Of a stretch of DNA of 64,000 nucleotides, positions 1-12,000 are shown piece after piece. Positions within the stretch are counted from its first letter, which is position 1; each line of letters begins with the position of its first letter. The stretch is from Monocercomonoides exilis PA203 (taxonomy: Eukaryota; Protista; Preaxostyla), in contig LSRY02000037.1 of assembly GCA_001643675.2 (NCBI GenBank), positions 124,001 through 188,000 on the forward strand. Direction: 5' to 3'. A program made the position numbers and the translations under genes. The notes below the pieces were generated by a model, which saw only the letters and a list, made by a program, of their open reading frames with translations, did no database searches and was not told the origin of the DNA.

Positions 1-1
1 T

Positions 2-3000
2 TATCCTCAATTTGATCCAACTGCCTCGCAATTTCAACCTTATCTCACGCCTCTTGCTGCTCAGCACGCCCTGCCATTTCCACCAGACGATCCAGCGATT
101 GTGATAGAGGAGAGGGAGAAGACAGAGGAGGAGAAGAGAAAGGAGAGGGAGAAGGAGGAGAAGGAAGAAGAGGAAAATGAAGAAGAAGAAGAGGGAGAAG
201 AAGTGAGAAATGAAATGGATATGAACAATGCTGAAGGAAAAGAAGGAGAGAAAACAAAGAAAATCAAAAAAGAAAGCAAGAAAAGAGCAAAGAAAGAGAA
301 AGGAAGCGGATTTGACTCTGTTTCAGCAGCAGCATCAACATCAGGAATAACATCAATATCATCATCATCTTCTTCTTCTTCTTCTTCCTCTTCCTCTTCC
401 TCTTCCTCTTCCTCTTCTTCTTCTTCTTCTTCTTCCACCGTTCTTGTCTCATCCACCGCTCCTCTAGTGAATAGTGAGTCATTCATGACTGCCCCTCTCT
501 CTGTGAGTGACCGCCCTCATCTCTTCTCCTACGGACAAGACGCTGTTGCCCCTTCATACTCTTCTTCAATCGCTGCTTCAGCTTCTTCTTCTTCTCTTTA
601 TCCTTCTTCTTCTTCTTCTCCAATGTATATCCCCACATCCTCTGAGATTGAGTCTGCCGTGCAGATGAGCGCGTGTGTGAGTGAAATCACAGAAATCGAT
701 GAGAATGAGCCACTTTTCAGTCGTTCTTCTCTGCTTGTGAATGACACGAGGGAAAGAATAGCGATGATGGCGAAGGCGATGAAGGAGCTGAATGCGGGGG
801 AGAAGAGGAAGAGGGAAAGGGAGAGAGAAAGAGAAAGAGAAAGAGAGAGGGAGAGAGAAAGAGAAAGAGAAAGAGAAAGAGATATGGAGAAGGAGAAAGA
901 AAGAGAGAAAGAGAGAAGTAGGATGATGAGGATGGGATATCTTTCATCATCATCTTCTTCTTCCTCTTCTTCCTCATCCACTTCTTCTGATAACTTCGAA
1001 TATCTTCCAGAGCCCATCAAAGAAATCCCTGTGATGCTGTTTCTAGTTCCAGGAAAGATTCATTTGTTTGAGCTTCCTTCGAAGGAGAAAGAGGAAGACG
1101 CGAAAAGAGAAATAGAAAGAGAACAAAAGAGAGTTGAGATGGAAAGAAAGAAAGAAGAAGAGAGAAGAAAAGAACAAATGACTAATTCTTCTTCCGTTTC
1201 TTCTCAGATGATTAGCGATGATTCTAATATAGCATTATCGCAAGAACAAATTGAAAGCAGAAACCAACAAAACTCAATCACAACAACATCATCATCTTCT
1301 CCTTCTCCCTCCTCTTCCTCTTCTCCTCCTTCTCCCCCCTCTCTTCCCCCCGACATCGCATGCATCATCACCCAAGGCCGGCGCATCGTCGCCCAGCTCG
1401 TCTTCCCCTCATCCATGCCCTTCGTCACCGTCTGCCGCGAGCTCTCCCTCTTCACCCGCCCTTCCCGCCAGACGCCTTCCTTCGTGATGAAGCAGTACTC
1501 AAAGGGAGGAATCCCCAAACCCCCCATCGATCCAGTCACGTTTGCCACGACTGTGAGGGTGGCTGCGCAGGACGCAGAGGGAGTGACGGTGCTGAAGATA
1601 CCGCATGTGGAGAATGTGCCGTTTGAGCGGTATTTCCAGCCGGAGTTTCACGGGGCTGACACATCGTATAGGACGGATCCTGCACTGTTTGAGAGGTATG
1701 GGGACAGATGGGGGGAGGAAGGAGAAGAAGAAGAGGATGAGGAGGAAGAAGAGGAGGAGGAGGATGAAAGCAATGCTTCATCATTATCATTGCTTTCTGA
1801 GAATCAAAGGCATAATCGAGATGGAATGGTACAATTTGGTGGAAATGGAGGTATATCAATGATTGGCATATCTGGTGAATCCAATGAACTTCTCAAAGAT
1901 AAAGAAGGAGGAGAATTAGAAACAAAACGAGAGAAGAAGAAGAAGTCAACGAAGAAGAAGAAAGTTGTTATTGCGAATTCGGAAGAAGGATACAGCAGCT
2001 GTGGCTGTGGTGTGTCGTTTGGAGATGTTTGGGGGTGGAAAGGAGAAAAGAGAAGAACATACAGAAAAGCCAAGATGATTGCAGAAAGAATGAGGGCGAT
2101 AGAGAAAAAGAGGAAGCAAAAGTTGAATGGAAGAGGAAGGGAAGAAGAAGATGAAAAAGAAAGAGGAGAAGGAGATGACACAGGAAGCGTTTGCATTGAA
2201 AATTATGCAAAGAAAGATGGAGCTAACGACGAAAGACTGATAAGCAACACGAAATTGGAAGCAGAAGTAACCAAAGAGCATAACCTCATCCCCGCAAAAT
2301 TCTCTTCTCTTCTTTCGCGTCCAAAGAAGCTCACAAAAGCCATCCAGGAGAAGTTCTACACACTCACCAATGATGAAAAACTGCGTCTTGCTCGTTTAGC
2401 GCGTATAGCTTTGAGAGACCGGCATATTTCGCAATGGTCCATTCACATGTCTATTGGCCACACAGGGGAGTGGATGAAGGAGTCGTACCACTTCATCATG
2501 AAACTGAGGCTGTACATCAAACTTGTTGAGATCGCTATGAAGGAGCGCACAGAAAGACTGCTGGAAAAGCTGGCGAAGTGGAGGAAGCAGAGGGAGGAGA
2601 GGAGAAATGAGATGGGAGGAGGAGAGAAAGAAGGGGAAAGGAGGAAGTTTGGAGCGGGTGATGGAGGATTTGATGACAGTGCATCAATTTTGGCGCAGAG
2701 GATGTTGAGGCAGAGGCAAGGCAGCATGTATGGATGGGGTGGGAGAGGCGGGAGAGGAGAAAGCGATCGATATTCAGTAGCTTCTTCCACAGCCTCCTCC
2801 TCGTTGTCTTCATACAGCAGAGGGAATTTCCCTTCGAATGTTTCTTATTCCTCTTCTGCTGCTGGTGTTGGGGTTGAGACAACGTCGTATTTGTCTTATC
2901 AGTCTGGTTTCTCTGACCAGCAATCATTGGCATTTAGTGTGTATTCATCAGGATATTCACGAGGAGGAGCGAGAGAAAGAGAAAGAGAAAGAGAGAGGGA

Positions 3001-6000
3001 AAGAGAAAGAAGCAGAGATGGAGACAGAAACAGAGAAAGAGAACAAAGAAAGGACAGTCTTGACGGACGCAGCATCGCCTCCAGCTCGATCTATGCACCT
3101 TCACTCATATCTGGTTCAACGTTACCTTCACTCTATCACAGAAAATCCCCACAGCTCCCTTCCTCTGCTGTTACACCCACTTCTTTCATCAACCTGCAAC
3201 ATGAGTCGTTTCCACATGCAATGTATCCTGCTTCCTCTTCTTCTTCTACTTCCTCCTCCTCTTCTTCTGATCCAACAACCTCTTCTTCAATCGTCCCCTT
3301 CAACCAACTCACATCCTCCGAGCAGCTTCTGCGCCTTCTCCCCGAGCGCATCCGACGAGAGCTGACCATCTTGACGAAGATGATGGCGCGGATAACTGAA
3401 TTGAAAGAAGTGCACGAAGAACTCTATCGCTGCTTCACCCAGCACGAGCTGTATTTCCTGTGGCTGATGCACATTGGCGAGCTGTCGGCGATCCGACCAG
3501 AGCAAAAATGGAGGCGCAACTGGGTGAAAGTGATGGAGAAGCTGAAGAGCTGGTCGAGGAGGCACGAGAAGTGGGTGAGGGACGTGACGGAGAAGATGCG
3601 GCAGAAGCGAAGAAGACACAACAGAAACAGCAGGAGGAATGCAAATGGAGTGAATGCAGCTGGAAGCAAAGGGAAAGAAGGGAAAGGGAACAAAATGAAT
3701 AAGCAAGCAGAAGGAGCGAATCAACAGAAAGAGAAAGAGAATGAGAATGAAAAAGAACAAGGGCAGATGGATTCGACAGAAGCTGCTGAGAGTGAAGAGA
3801 TGAGGCCAGTTGACATAGGCGATGTGAGTGAGTTCAGAACACATCTTCCAGCTGTTCCACCCACAACAACATCAACGTCATTGCCATCTACTTCTTCAGC
3901 TTCTTCTGCTGTTGATGGAGCAGTCAGTCAGTTGCAGCAGAGTCAGTCTTCATCTGCTGGGGTAAATGGAGCAATGAATGGGAGGATGGCAGCAGAAGAC
4001 GAAGAGGACGATGATGAGAATGCTAATGGAATGAACAACATCATCCATCTTCCTGATGATGATATGCTTCCTATTGCTGGAGACAGACCTCCACTTGCAT
4101 TGCCTCCTCCTTCCTCTTCCTCTTCTTCCTCTTCTTCTGTTGAGAAACTCAGAAGAGGAAACACCACGCCCAGCCGAGCCAGCATGGGTTCTGCTAAGAC
4201 ACAGCCGTATTCCCAAGTGAGTGACAGTGCGAATCAGAGGAAGCAGAAGCAGAAGCAATTAAAAGAGAGGAAGAAGCTGTCTGTCATTCCGACTTCTCTG
4301 CTGCAGCCACTGCAGACGTCGTTGACAGACACGATTGGCTTTGATTTATACCCGGCTGACTTGAATGTGAATGAGCAGAGGGAGCAGTGGGTGGAGCTGC
4401 CGGGCGATAGTTTGTTTACAGAGGAGGAAGAAGAGAAGGAAGAGGTGAAGCTGAGTGAGGCAGTAGAGAAGGAGGAGAGGAGGAGGAAGAGAATGGAGCT
4501 TGGGGAAGAGATTTTGAGGAAGAGAAAGATGGAAAGGAGAGGAAAAAGAATGATGGAGGGAGGGATGGAAGAAGATGGTGACGAAGATAACAAAGAAGAA
4601 GAGGAAGAGGAAGAAGAAGAAGGAATATACGCCCAGAAGCGTTCAGGTGAAGACGAGGTTGAAAGAGAGAAGAAGGAAAAAGAAGTGAAAAATGTGTTTG
4701 GCGTTTCAGAAGACCGAGACGATGTGAATGACGCGGACGAAGCTGCAAAGGATCCATTTGACGAAGAGAACGCTGAGTGGACATGGAAGACAAGAATGAA
4801 ACCCGAACAGCTCAATCCATTCAATGATAATGATAATAATGATAATAATGATAATAGCAACAACAGTAATGGAGAAGAGGAAGATAATCTCTCAGATGTG
4901 AATGACGAAGAGAGGAGAAAAGAAGAAGGAGGAATGGATATTGAGGCAGCATCACCAGCACCGTTGTTACAGCCACTTTATCCATCCAGAGGAATAATGA
5001 ACAGAATTCACCAACACAAAACGTCAAAAGTGGTGAAGAGAAGAGAAAGGAGAAAGAAAGAGAGGAAAGGAGCAATGGAACAAGACGGTTCTGTTGAAGA
5101 AAGCAATCAAAGTGACAGCAACGGAAGTGGAAATGAGAGCATTGGCAATGAAAGAGTCGGCAGAATGGAGGAAGCAGGCAGAAGACGAATATATCATTCG
5201 CGTTATTCTTCTGTCAGACGCGTTTCCTCTGCCACTTCTCCAAATCAGCCATCCTTCTATGTACATTCAACAGCAACACCAGCAGATGCCTTCAACAGCC
5301 TGAAGAAGATGCATCCATCTTTGCCCTTCTCCCATCTCTGCCAGTTCACTCCGCGCTACCGCCGCCTGCGCCGCATCTACAACGCCCTAGAAAAATACGA
5401 AGACCTCTGGGACAACTTCTCCTCCACCCTCAGATGCCTGTGGCCAACCAGAGAGACCACAAGCGAAGCCAACCGCGTCCCACCACCAGCTGATCCCCCG
5501 TTGGAACTGGGTCTTTCCTCTAAGCACCTGCGAAGGCTGGTGGAGCGGTGCTGCGTTGCTGTGCGAGAATCGTCAGAGAAAGTGAAGCGCTATCTGCCGT
5601 CGCGTGTGATGCATCCGTTTGAGCACCCACACTCTCCTTTCATCCCTTGCAATCACGGCTGCCGAAGAGTCGGGATGTTCTACTCGTGGCAGATGAGCTA
5701 TCAAGTCGTGCTGCACAACAAGCACCACCGCTTCTTCCCAACCTCGTCTTCAGCTGTCTCAAAGGAAGACGTGAGAAAGGCGGTGGAGGCGAGTCCTGTT
5801 CCCGTTCTAACAGACGAAGAGAACGAGCGGATGGAGATATGGATGAAGCACAAGGAGCTTGTGGCAGAAAGACAGTTGGCAGTGAGGCATCTGCAAAGAG
5901 AGGAGGCAAGAAAAAGAGAGGAAAAAGCACTACGAAGCTTGGGATTTGAAGGTGTTGTGAATGGAGATGGCGAGGCAGATGAGACTTCTTCATTCAGACA

Positions 6001-9000
6001 TCTTTCAGTTACACAGCAAATTGAAGAGCAAAAAATGCAGCAATACAGAAGAGGAAGGAATGATCAAGCAATAACGCCACATCAAACTTCACCTTTCACT
6101 CTCTCTGCTCTTCCCCACCGCATCCCCATCCATCCTCGCCTGTATCAGCATCTCGTCCTTCTTTCAAAGAAGCCGTTTGTTTGCTCCTCTGCCACAGCCA
6201 CTTTTGGCTGGTTCAGCACTTTCTTTGACCCGCGTCGCCCGGTCTATCAATACGGCAGGTTCAGAGTGCCAAACACCTTCTGCCCTTCCTTCACAAACGT
6301 GCCTGTTCCCATCACTCTCAACCCATATTCCGCTGGTGGTGTGTTAAACGCTGCTTTTCTGAAGCAGACAAAGGAGTACATCACACGCGCCATTGCACAG
6401 CAGGCGATTCTGCAGCGCCGATACGAAGAGGCGATGGAGGCACAGAGGAGGATGTATCCACAGCAGCAGTATGGCTTTGGCGGAGGATATGGCTACGGTG
6501 GAGCAGCTGCTGCATCGCATGCACATCTTCACAGGGGATCCATCCATCATCAGAGGAAAGGATCTCTTCAGCCACCTCCTCCCATATTCACAAGAGAAGA
6601 GTTCGAAAGGTTTATTGCGATGGCAACGAGTCATTTTTCGCAGCCAGAGTATCGTCCGGTGTTGAAAGTGGATGTGCACTTTGGAGAAGGATGGAGAGAA
6701 GGACAGGCTGTGGTAAGTGTAGATGATTACATTAAGATGAAAAAGAAGAAGGAGAAAAAGAAGGAGAATAAAGGGAAGGGAAACAAGGAGAATTATGGAA
6801 GAGGGATGAAAGAAGAAGAAGAAAACGAAAAGGACAAAGCAAAAACATCAACTTCTTCTCATTCAATTGACGATGGTGTAAAGAACGAGTCTCGCAACTT
6901 CCACGGCCTGCTTGTTGTTGGCGACATCCACGGCAACTTCAAAGGCCTCCTTCAAGTGCTGTCTGTTGTGGACGAAGTCCTCTCAGCACCAGAAGGCAGA
7001 GGAAGCGTTGTCTTTCTCGGAGACTATGTCGATCGTGGCATTGAATCAATCGAGTGTCTTGTTCTGATCTTGCTGTACCGCCTGACGTATCCTCAGAGAG
7101 TGTTCCTGCTGAGAGGCAACCACGAATCCCACACCTCTTCTGAATATCAGCAAGTGAATGATGAGCTGAAGAACAGATACCCCATGAGTGAGCAGGCATA
7201 CTTCCCTTATCCTTACCCAGTGCGTGGCGCATACATCAGAGTCCACCCGCTTTTCGCATCGCTTCTGCAGCTGTTCAATATGATGCCATTGGCAGCTATT
7301 GCCACGCTTTTCTATCACCCTCCGCTGCCTGAAATTCCTCTTCCTCCGCAGAATGTGATTAGAGAAGTGAGTCAAATGGAGAAGGTGGAGAAGATGAAGA
7401 AAATGGAACAGAACAACAATGCCGTTCAGACAAATGATCCATTTTCTTCTTCTTCTTCTTCTTCTTCAAATAATATAAATAATAACAATAGAAACAAAGA
7501 AATGAATCAGTTAAATCAGATGAGCTCGATTGAAGGACAAATGAATGATGTGTCTGTAATCAGCGGAAGAAGCGACAATACAGCAACAGACAACACAAAT
7601 TCACTTATTTCTTCAATGGAAAACAATTCAACATCGATTGCTTCTTCTTCTTCTTTTCCATCTGCGAATCAATCTTCTTTAATGACAAATGGCATTAATG
7701 GAGAACAAACCATACAGCAACAAGTGCAAAGAATCAATTCTAAAGGAACAATTGTTGGAAAGGTGTCATTAACCGGAGATTCACTCATTACAGCCAGTGA
7801 AACATCAACTTCTTCCTCTTCTTCCACTTCTGCTTCCTCCTCCTCCTCTTCTTCTTCTTCTTCTTCTTCAACATTTCATCGTCTTCGCAGAAAGCGCTAT
7901 CCAATTCCAGTGTTTGAAGAGTTTATTCCTGCCCTCACACTTCGCCCTCACTTGCCAAAAATACATCGCCAGAGGTTGATGCAACAAAGTGCAGATGGAA
8001 ACAATGGAGGTATTTCATATTCATCGTCTTCTTCTTCAGCTTCTTCTTCTTCTCCTTCTTCTTCTTCCTCAAATTTCAATGATTCTTCTCAATTCTTCAA
8101 CACTTCACCTTCAAATATCACTTTGCCTGGTCAAACTTCCAATGCTGCTTTTCTAAACACATCTTTCTCCACAACATTGCAGCAGACACCTAATTCATCA
8201 TCATCATCTTCTTCTTCTTCTTCATTATCCTCTTCACCATCTCAGGATTCACACAACTTACTGGTTACACCTCCTCTGCCTTCATCAACATTACCATCTT
8301 CTTCTTCCTCTTCCTCTTCCTCTCCCTCTTCCTCTCCTTCATCTTCTTTATCTCCTTCCACCCCTACCCACACTCATCACATCTCCCCTTCTGCCTTCCA
8401 ATCGCAGCAAGAAAAGACAAAACGCCTTCTTTGGCAGCAGATGTCAGAGAAAGAGAAGCTGAAGCAGGCGGAAAAACAAGACGTGGATGTATCACAGCTG
8501 GTTGAGAAGATTGGCGAACTCACAATAGAAGCACCAATTTTGAATGGAGTTGCAATTAATGATTCTTCTGTTCCTTCTGCTTTGTCTGTTGATGAGGGAA
8601 ATCTTTCTTCTTCATCTTCTTCTCTTGTTAAAACAGCTGATAATGTGCAAATAAAAGGAAACGAGATGGATATTGAACCAGAGCCAGTGAGCATCTACCA
8701 ACAAGGAGAGAGAGAAAATATGACACAGATTGGAGCTTCTTCGAATATTTCGTCTTCTCCTTCGTCTTCTCCGCAGTCGTCGCTGATGAATTCAGATGAT
8801 TCAGGGCAGTATCCAATGCTTATGGAGTCGATATATGGAAGAGATGCAACTGAAACTGATAACGATGATGATAATGACAATGACAATGAGGAAGAAGAGG
8901 AGGAAGGAGATGAGGAGGAGGAAGAAGGAGGAGAAGGAGGAGAAGGAGGAGCAGAGAAAGAAGGAAACTTGAATGGGAAAAAGAGTTTAATTCGTCATGA

Positions 9001-12000
9001 AACCGTTCGTCGTCACGTCCGCAAAAAGGATAGTTCTGCTTCATCTTCATCTTCAGCTGGAAATGAGATGGAAGGAGAGAAATCTCAGCACAGAAACGAA
9101 TCTGGAGGAGATGACAGTGAAGGAACAGAAAGTGTAACAGAAACAGAAGCAGCAGAGACGAGTGAAGGAGAAGGCAATATCATTCAAAATACATTTGGAG
9201 ATGGAACAACTAACACAAATGTAAATGGAATGAATATGACATCTTCACGGAACAATACTGCTCAACAGCAAGGAAAAAGCCAAGAAACCAAACAGACAAG
9301 CAATCAGAGAGCAAAACGAAGGAAAGCCAAAGAAGATGCATCTAAGCTCCCATTTGTTGTGAACATTCGAAGATGCCCATGCTGCCTTCCCAACAATAGC
9401 AATCAAACAAATACAGATTCATCAGCTATTCCTTTATCATCATCTTCATCCACATCTTCCTCTTCCTTAACCATCTCGCCATCAAAGCCCTTCCCCCGCT
9501 CTCCATTCGTCAAACCTTTCCGCTGCCGCTTCGACCGCACTGCCATCCGCTCTCACTTGGCTGATCCTCTTTTCCCTTCGCAAATACCACACAGAATCAC
9601 CAGACACACCCCGCAGATTGTGTCTGTCTGCCACCGCTGCCATTTCTGTGGGAAGTGCTCAGTCCATTCAGAGGGGAATAAGCAGAATAGAAAGGGGAAA
9701 AGAAAAACAGGAGGAGAAGGAGGAGGAGAGGAGAATGTGAATAATGATGGAATAAATTATAATCTTTCAAATTCTTTTTCCTCTTCTCAAAAATGCTCTT
9801 GTTTGTGTCATATTCACCATTCTGATGCATCTCATGCTCCAATCACTTCGTCGCCGCTTGCTTTATCTTCTGCTAATTCAAATGCTTCATTCATTTCACA
9901 TTCTGAAAATTCGCCTTTCACTTCATCTGTCAATCAAACAACGCAAACGTCAAACAACCAAATCATTGGATCTACCTTATCAGCATCATCATCTTCAACT
10001 TCTTCTTCTTCTATATCATCCATCAGAACAAATGAAACATCACCAGTATGGGATGAGTATGCTGCAGTTGTGGTGGAGAAAGGAAAAAGTGAAGCGGAAG
10101 AGAAAGACAGACTAATAAATGGCCTATCAAAAACAGGATTAGTTCCATTCAATTCTCTCAACATTTCAAACAATTCATTTCCTTCTTTGCCTTCTTCCTC
10201 AATCTCTTCACAAAATTCTTCAAATGCACAAAAATTACCACCACGTCTTCTCCCTTCCTCTCGCACTGAGAAAAGGTCGCTGAATGAGAAATGCCTTTGT
10301 TATTCAACAAAAGGCATCTTTTGTGCAGCTTCAACCCCTCAGCGTTCATATGTGTGCATCGAAAGGGGGAAGAAGAATTCGTTTGACGATCGCTCAAAAC
10401 AAGAAGAAGAAGAAGGAATTGCATTTTCTGGCTCTTCATTTGCTGCTCATTCAGGAGGTGACGTGCTGATGGCGATGGATGAGGAGAAAGCATTGGGAAG
10501 AGGAACACAACTTCCCCTGCATCTGTCAAGACGCTCCCACACTTTCACAAGCTCTTCTGCTTATTCACACAACCAGCGCAGTAACATGAAATTTTCTTCT
10601 TCTTCAAAATCTTCAGCTCAACACGGCTTTTTGAATGTGGATGATGAAAATGACACCACAAATGACTTTGAAAACGACTCGCCCACTCCTCTTTCATCTG
10701 ACATTGATATGTCTTCTCTCTCTTCCACAGCATCTGGTCTGTTCCCCAAAAGAGGGAGTCCAGAAAGCAACAAAACAAAAGCTTATCAACAAAGCGTAGG
10801 AAACAACACTGGAATGGCTATTAACACGTCTGATTATTCATCATCATCTTCTTCTTCTTCTTCTTTCGGATTCACACCCGTTTTTGAAGCACCAGCGCCT
10901 CGAAAATCTCGTTCAGCACCTCCAACTGACATGTTCATGCCAAATGCTGTGGGAATTATGTATTCACAGTCTTCTCAAGCATACCAGACGCAACAAACAT
11001 ATCAGCAGTATCAGAGAAACATTCAGGATATTTCAAATGTCCAGCCATTCATACCAAGCAGTGGAGATGCATTCACTTCGAGCTATCCTTCTGCTTCTGA
11101 GCAAAGTGGTTTGCTTGATGCATCTTCATCATTATCTTCAACCACATCTCAATCATCTTTCTCTTCATTCCCTGCCTCCTTCACCACTGTTTCCTTTGCC
11201 CCATCTCCTTCCATTCCATTCATGCGTTCTCTTTCACCTCCTCCAGCTTCTTCTTCATCTTCTTCCAGTTCGGCCTTTTATTCGCCTCTCCGTGCTGTCA
11301 CAGGATCCTCCTCAAAGCAGTTCACTTCGTTTGCGATGGGAATGGCCCCTCAAACAGCAGATTCAACAGCAAGACAATATTCGCAGCAGCAGCAACAAGA
11401 GAATCACCAGGGATCGCAGATATTCCAGTCGATCTACGGTACAGATAAAAACTCTTCCAATTCTGATGCTTCAAACCCATCTTCCATTCATCTCACTAAC
11501 TTTGATGGCTATCAACACGTCACACCATTCATTTCATCTGCTCAGAACATTCAGCAACAGAACAATGTGAACAATGGCCAGTCTTCTTCAAGGCATCCAA
11601 TGAGCCACAAGGAGCTGATGATGCATTTGATGCTGATGCACAACCGGAGAGTTCAGAAGAGAATGCGAAGAGATGGAGGAAAACGGTGGAAAGTGGACTC
11701 AGAGGATGATTCGCTGCATTTGGGCAGGTCTGTGCATGGAGCGATGGGGAAGGAAGGCAGAGGCAAAGCAGCAGCTGTGAGAGGGAGAGGGAAAGAAGGT
11801 GGGAAAGATAAAGATTTGAAATTGAGTCTTGATGAAAGCGATTCATTGGCAATGAATGCAAGTGGAAAGATTACGAATGGCCTGGCGAATGAAGTGGAGT
11901 TCGATGAAAGTGAAACCGAAGAAGAAGAGGAGGAGGAGGAGGAGGAAGGTGAAGACGAAAGAGATAGAGAAGAAATTACAGAAAGTTCACTTGGATCAAT

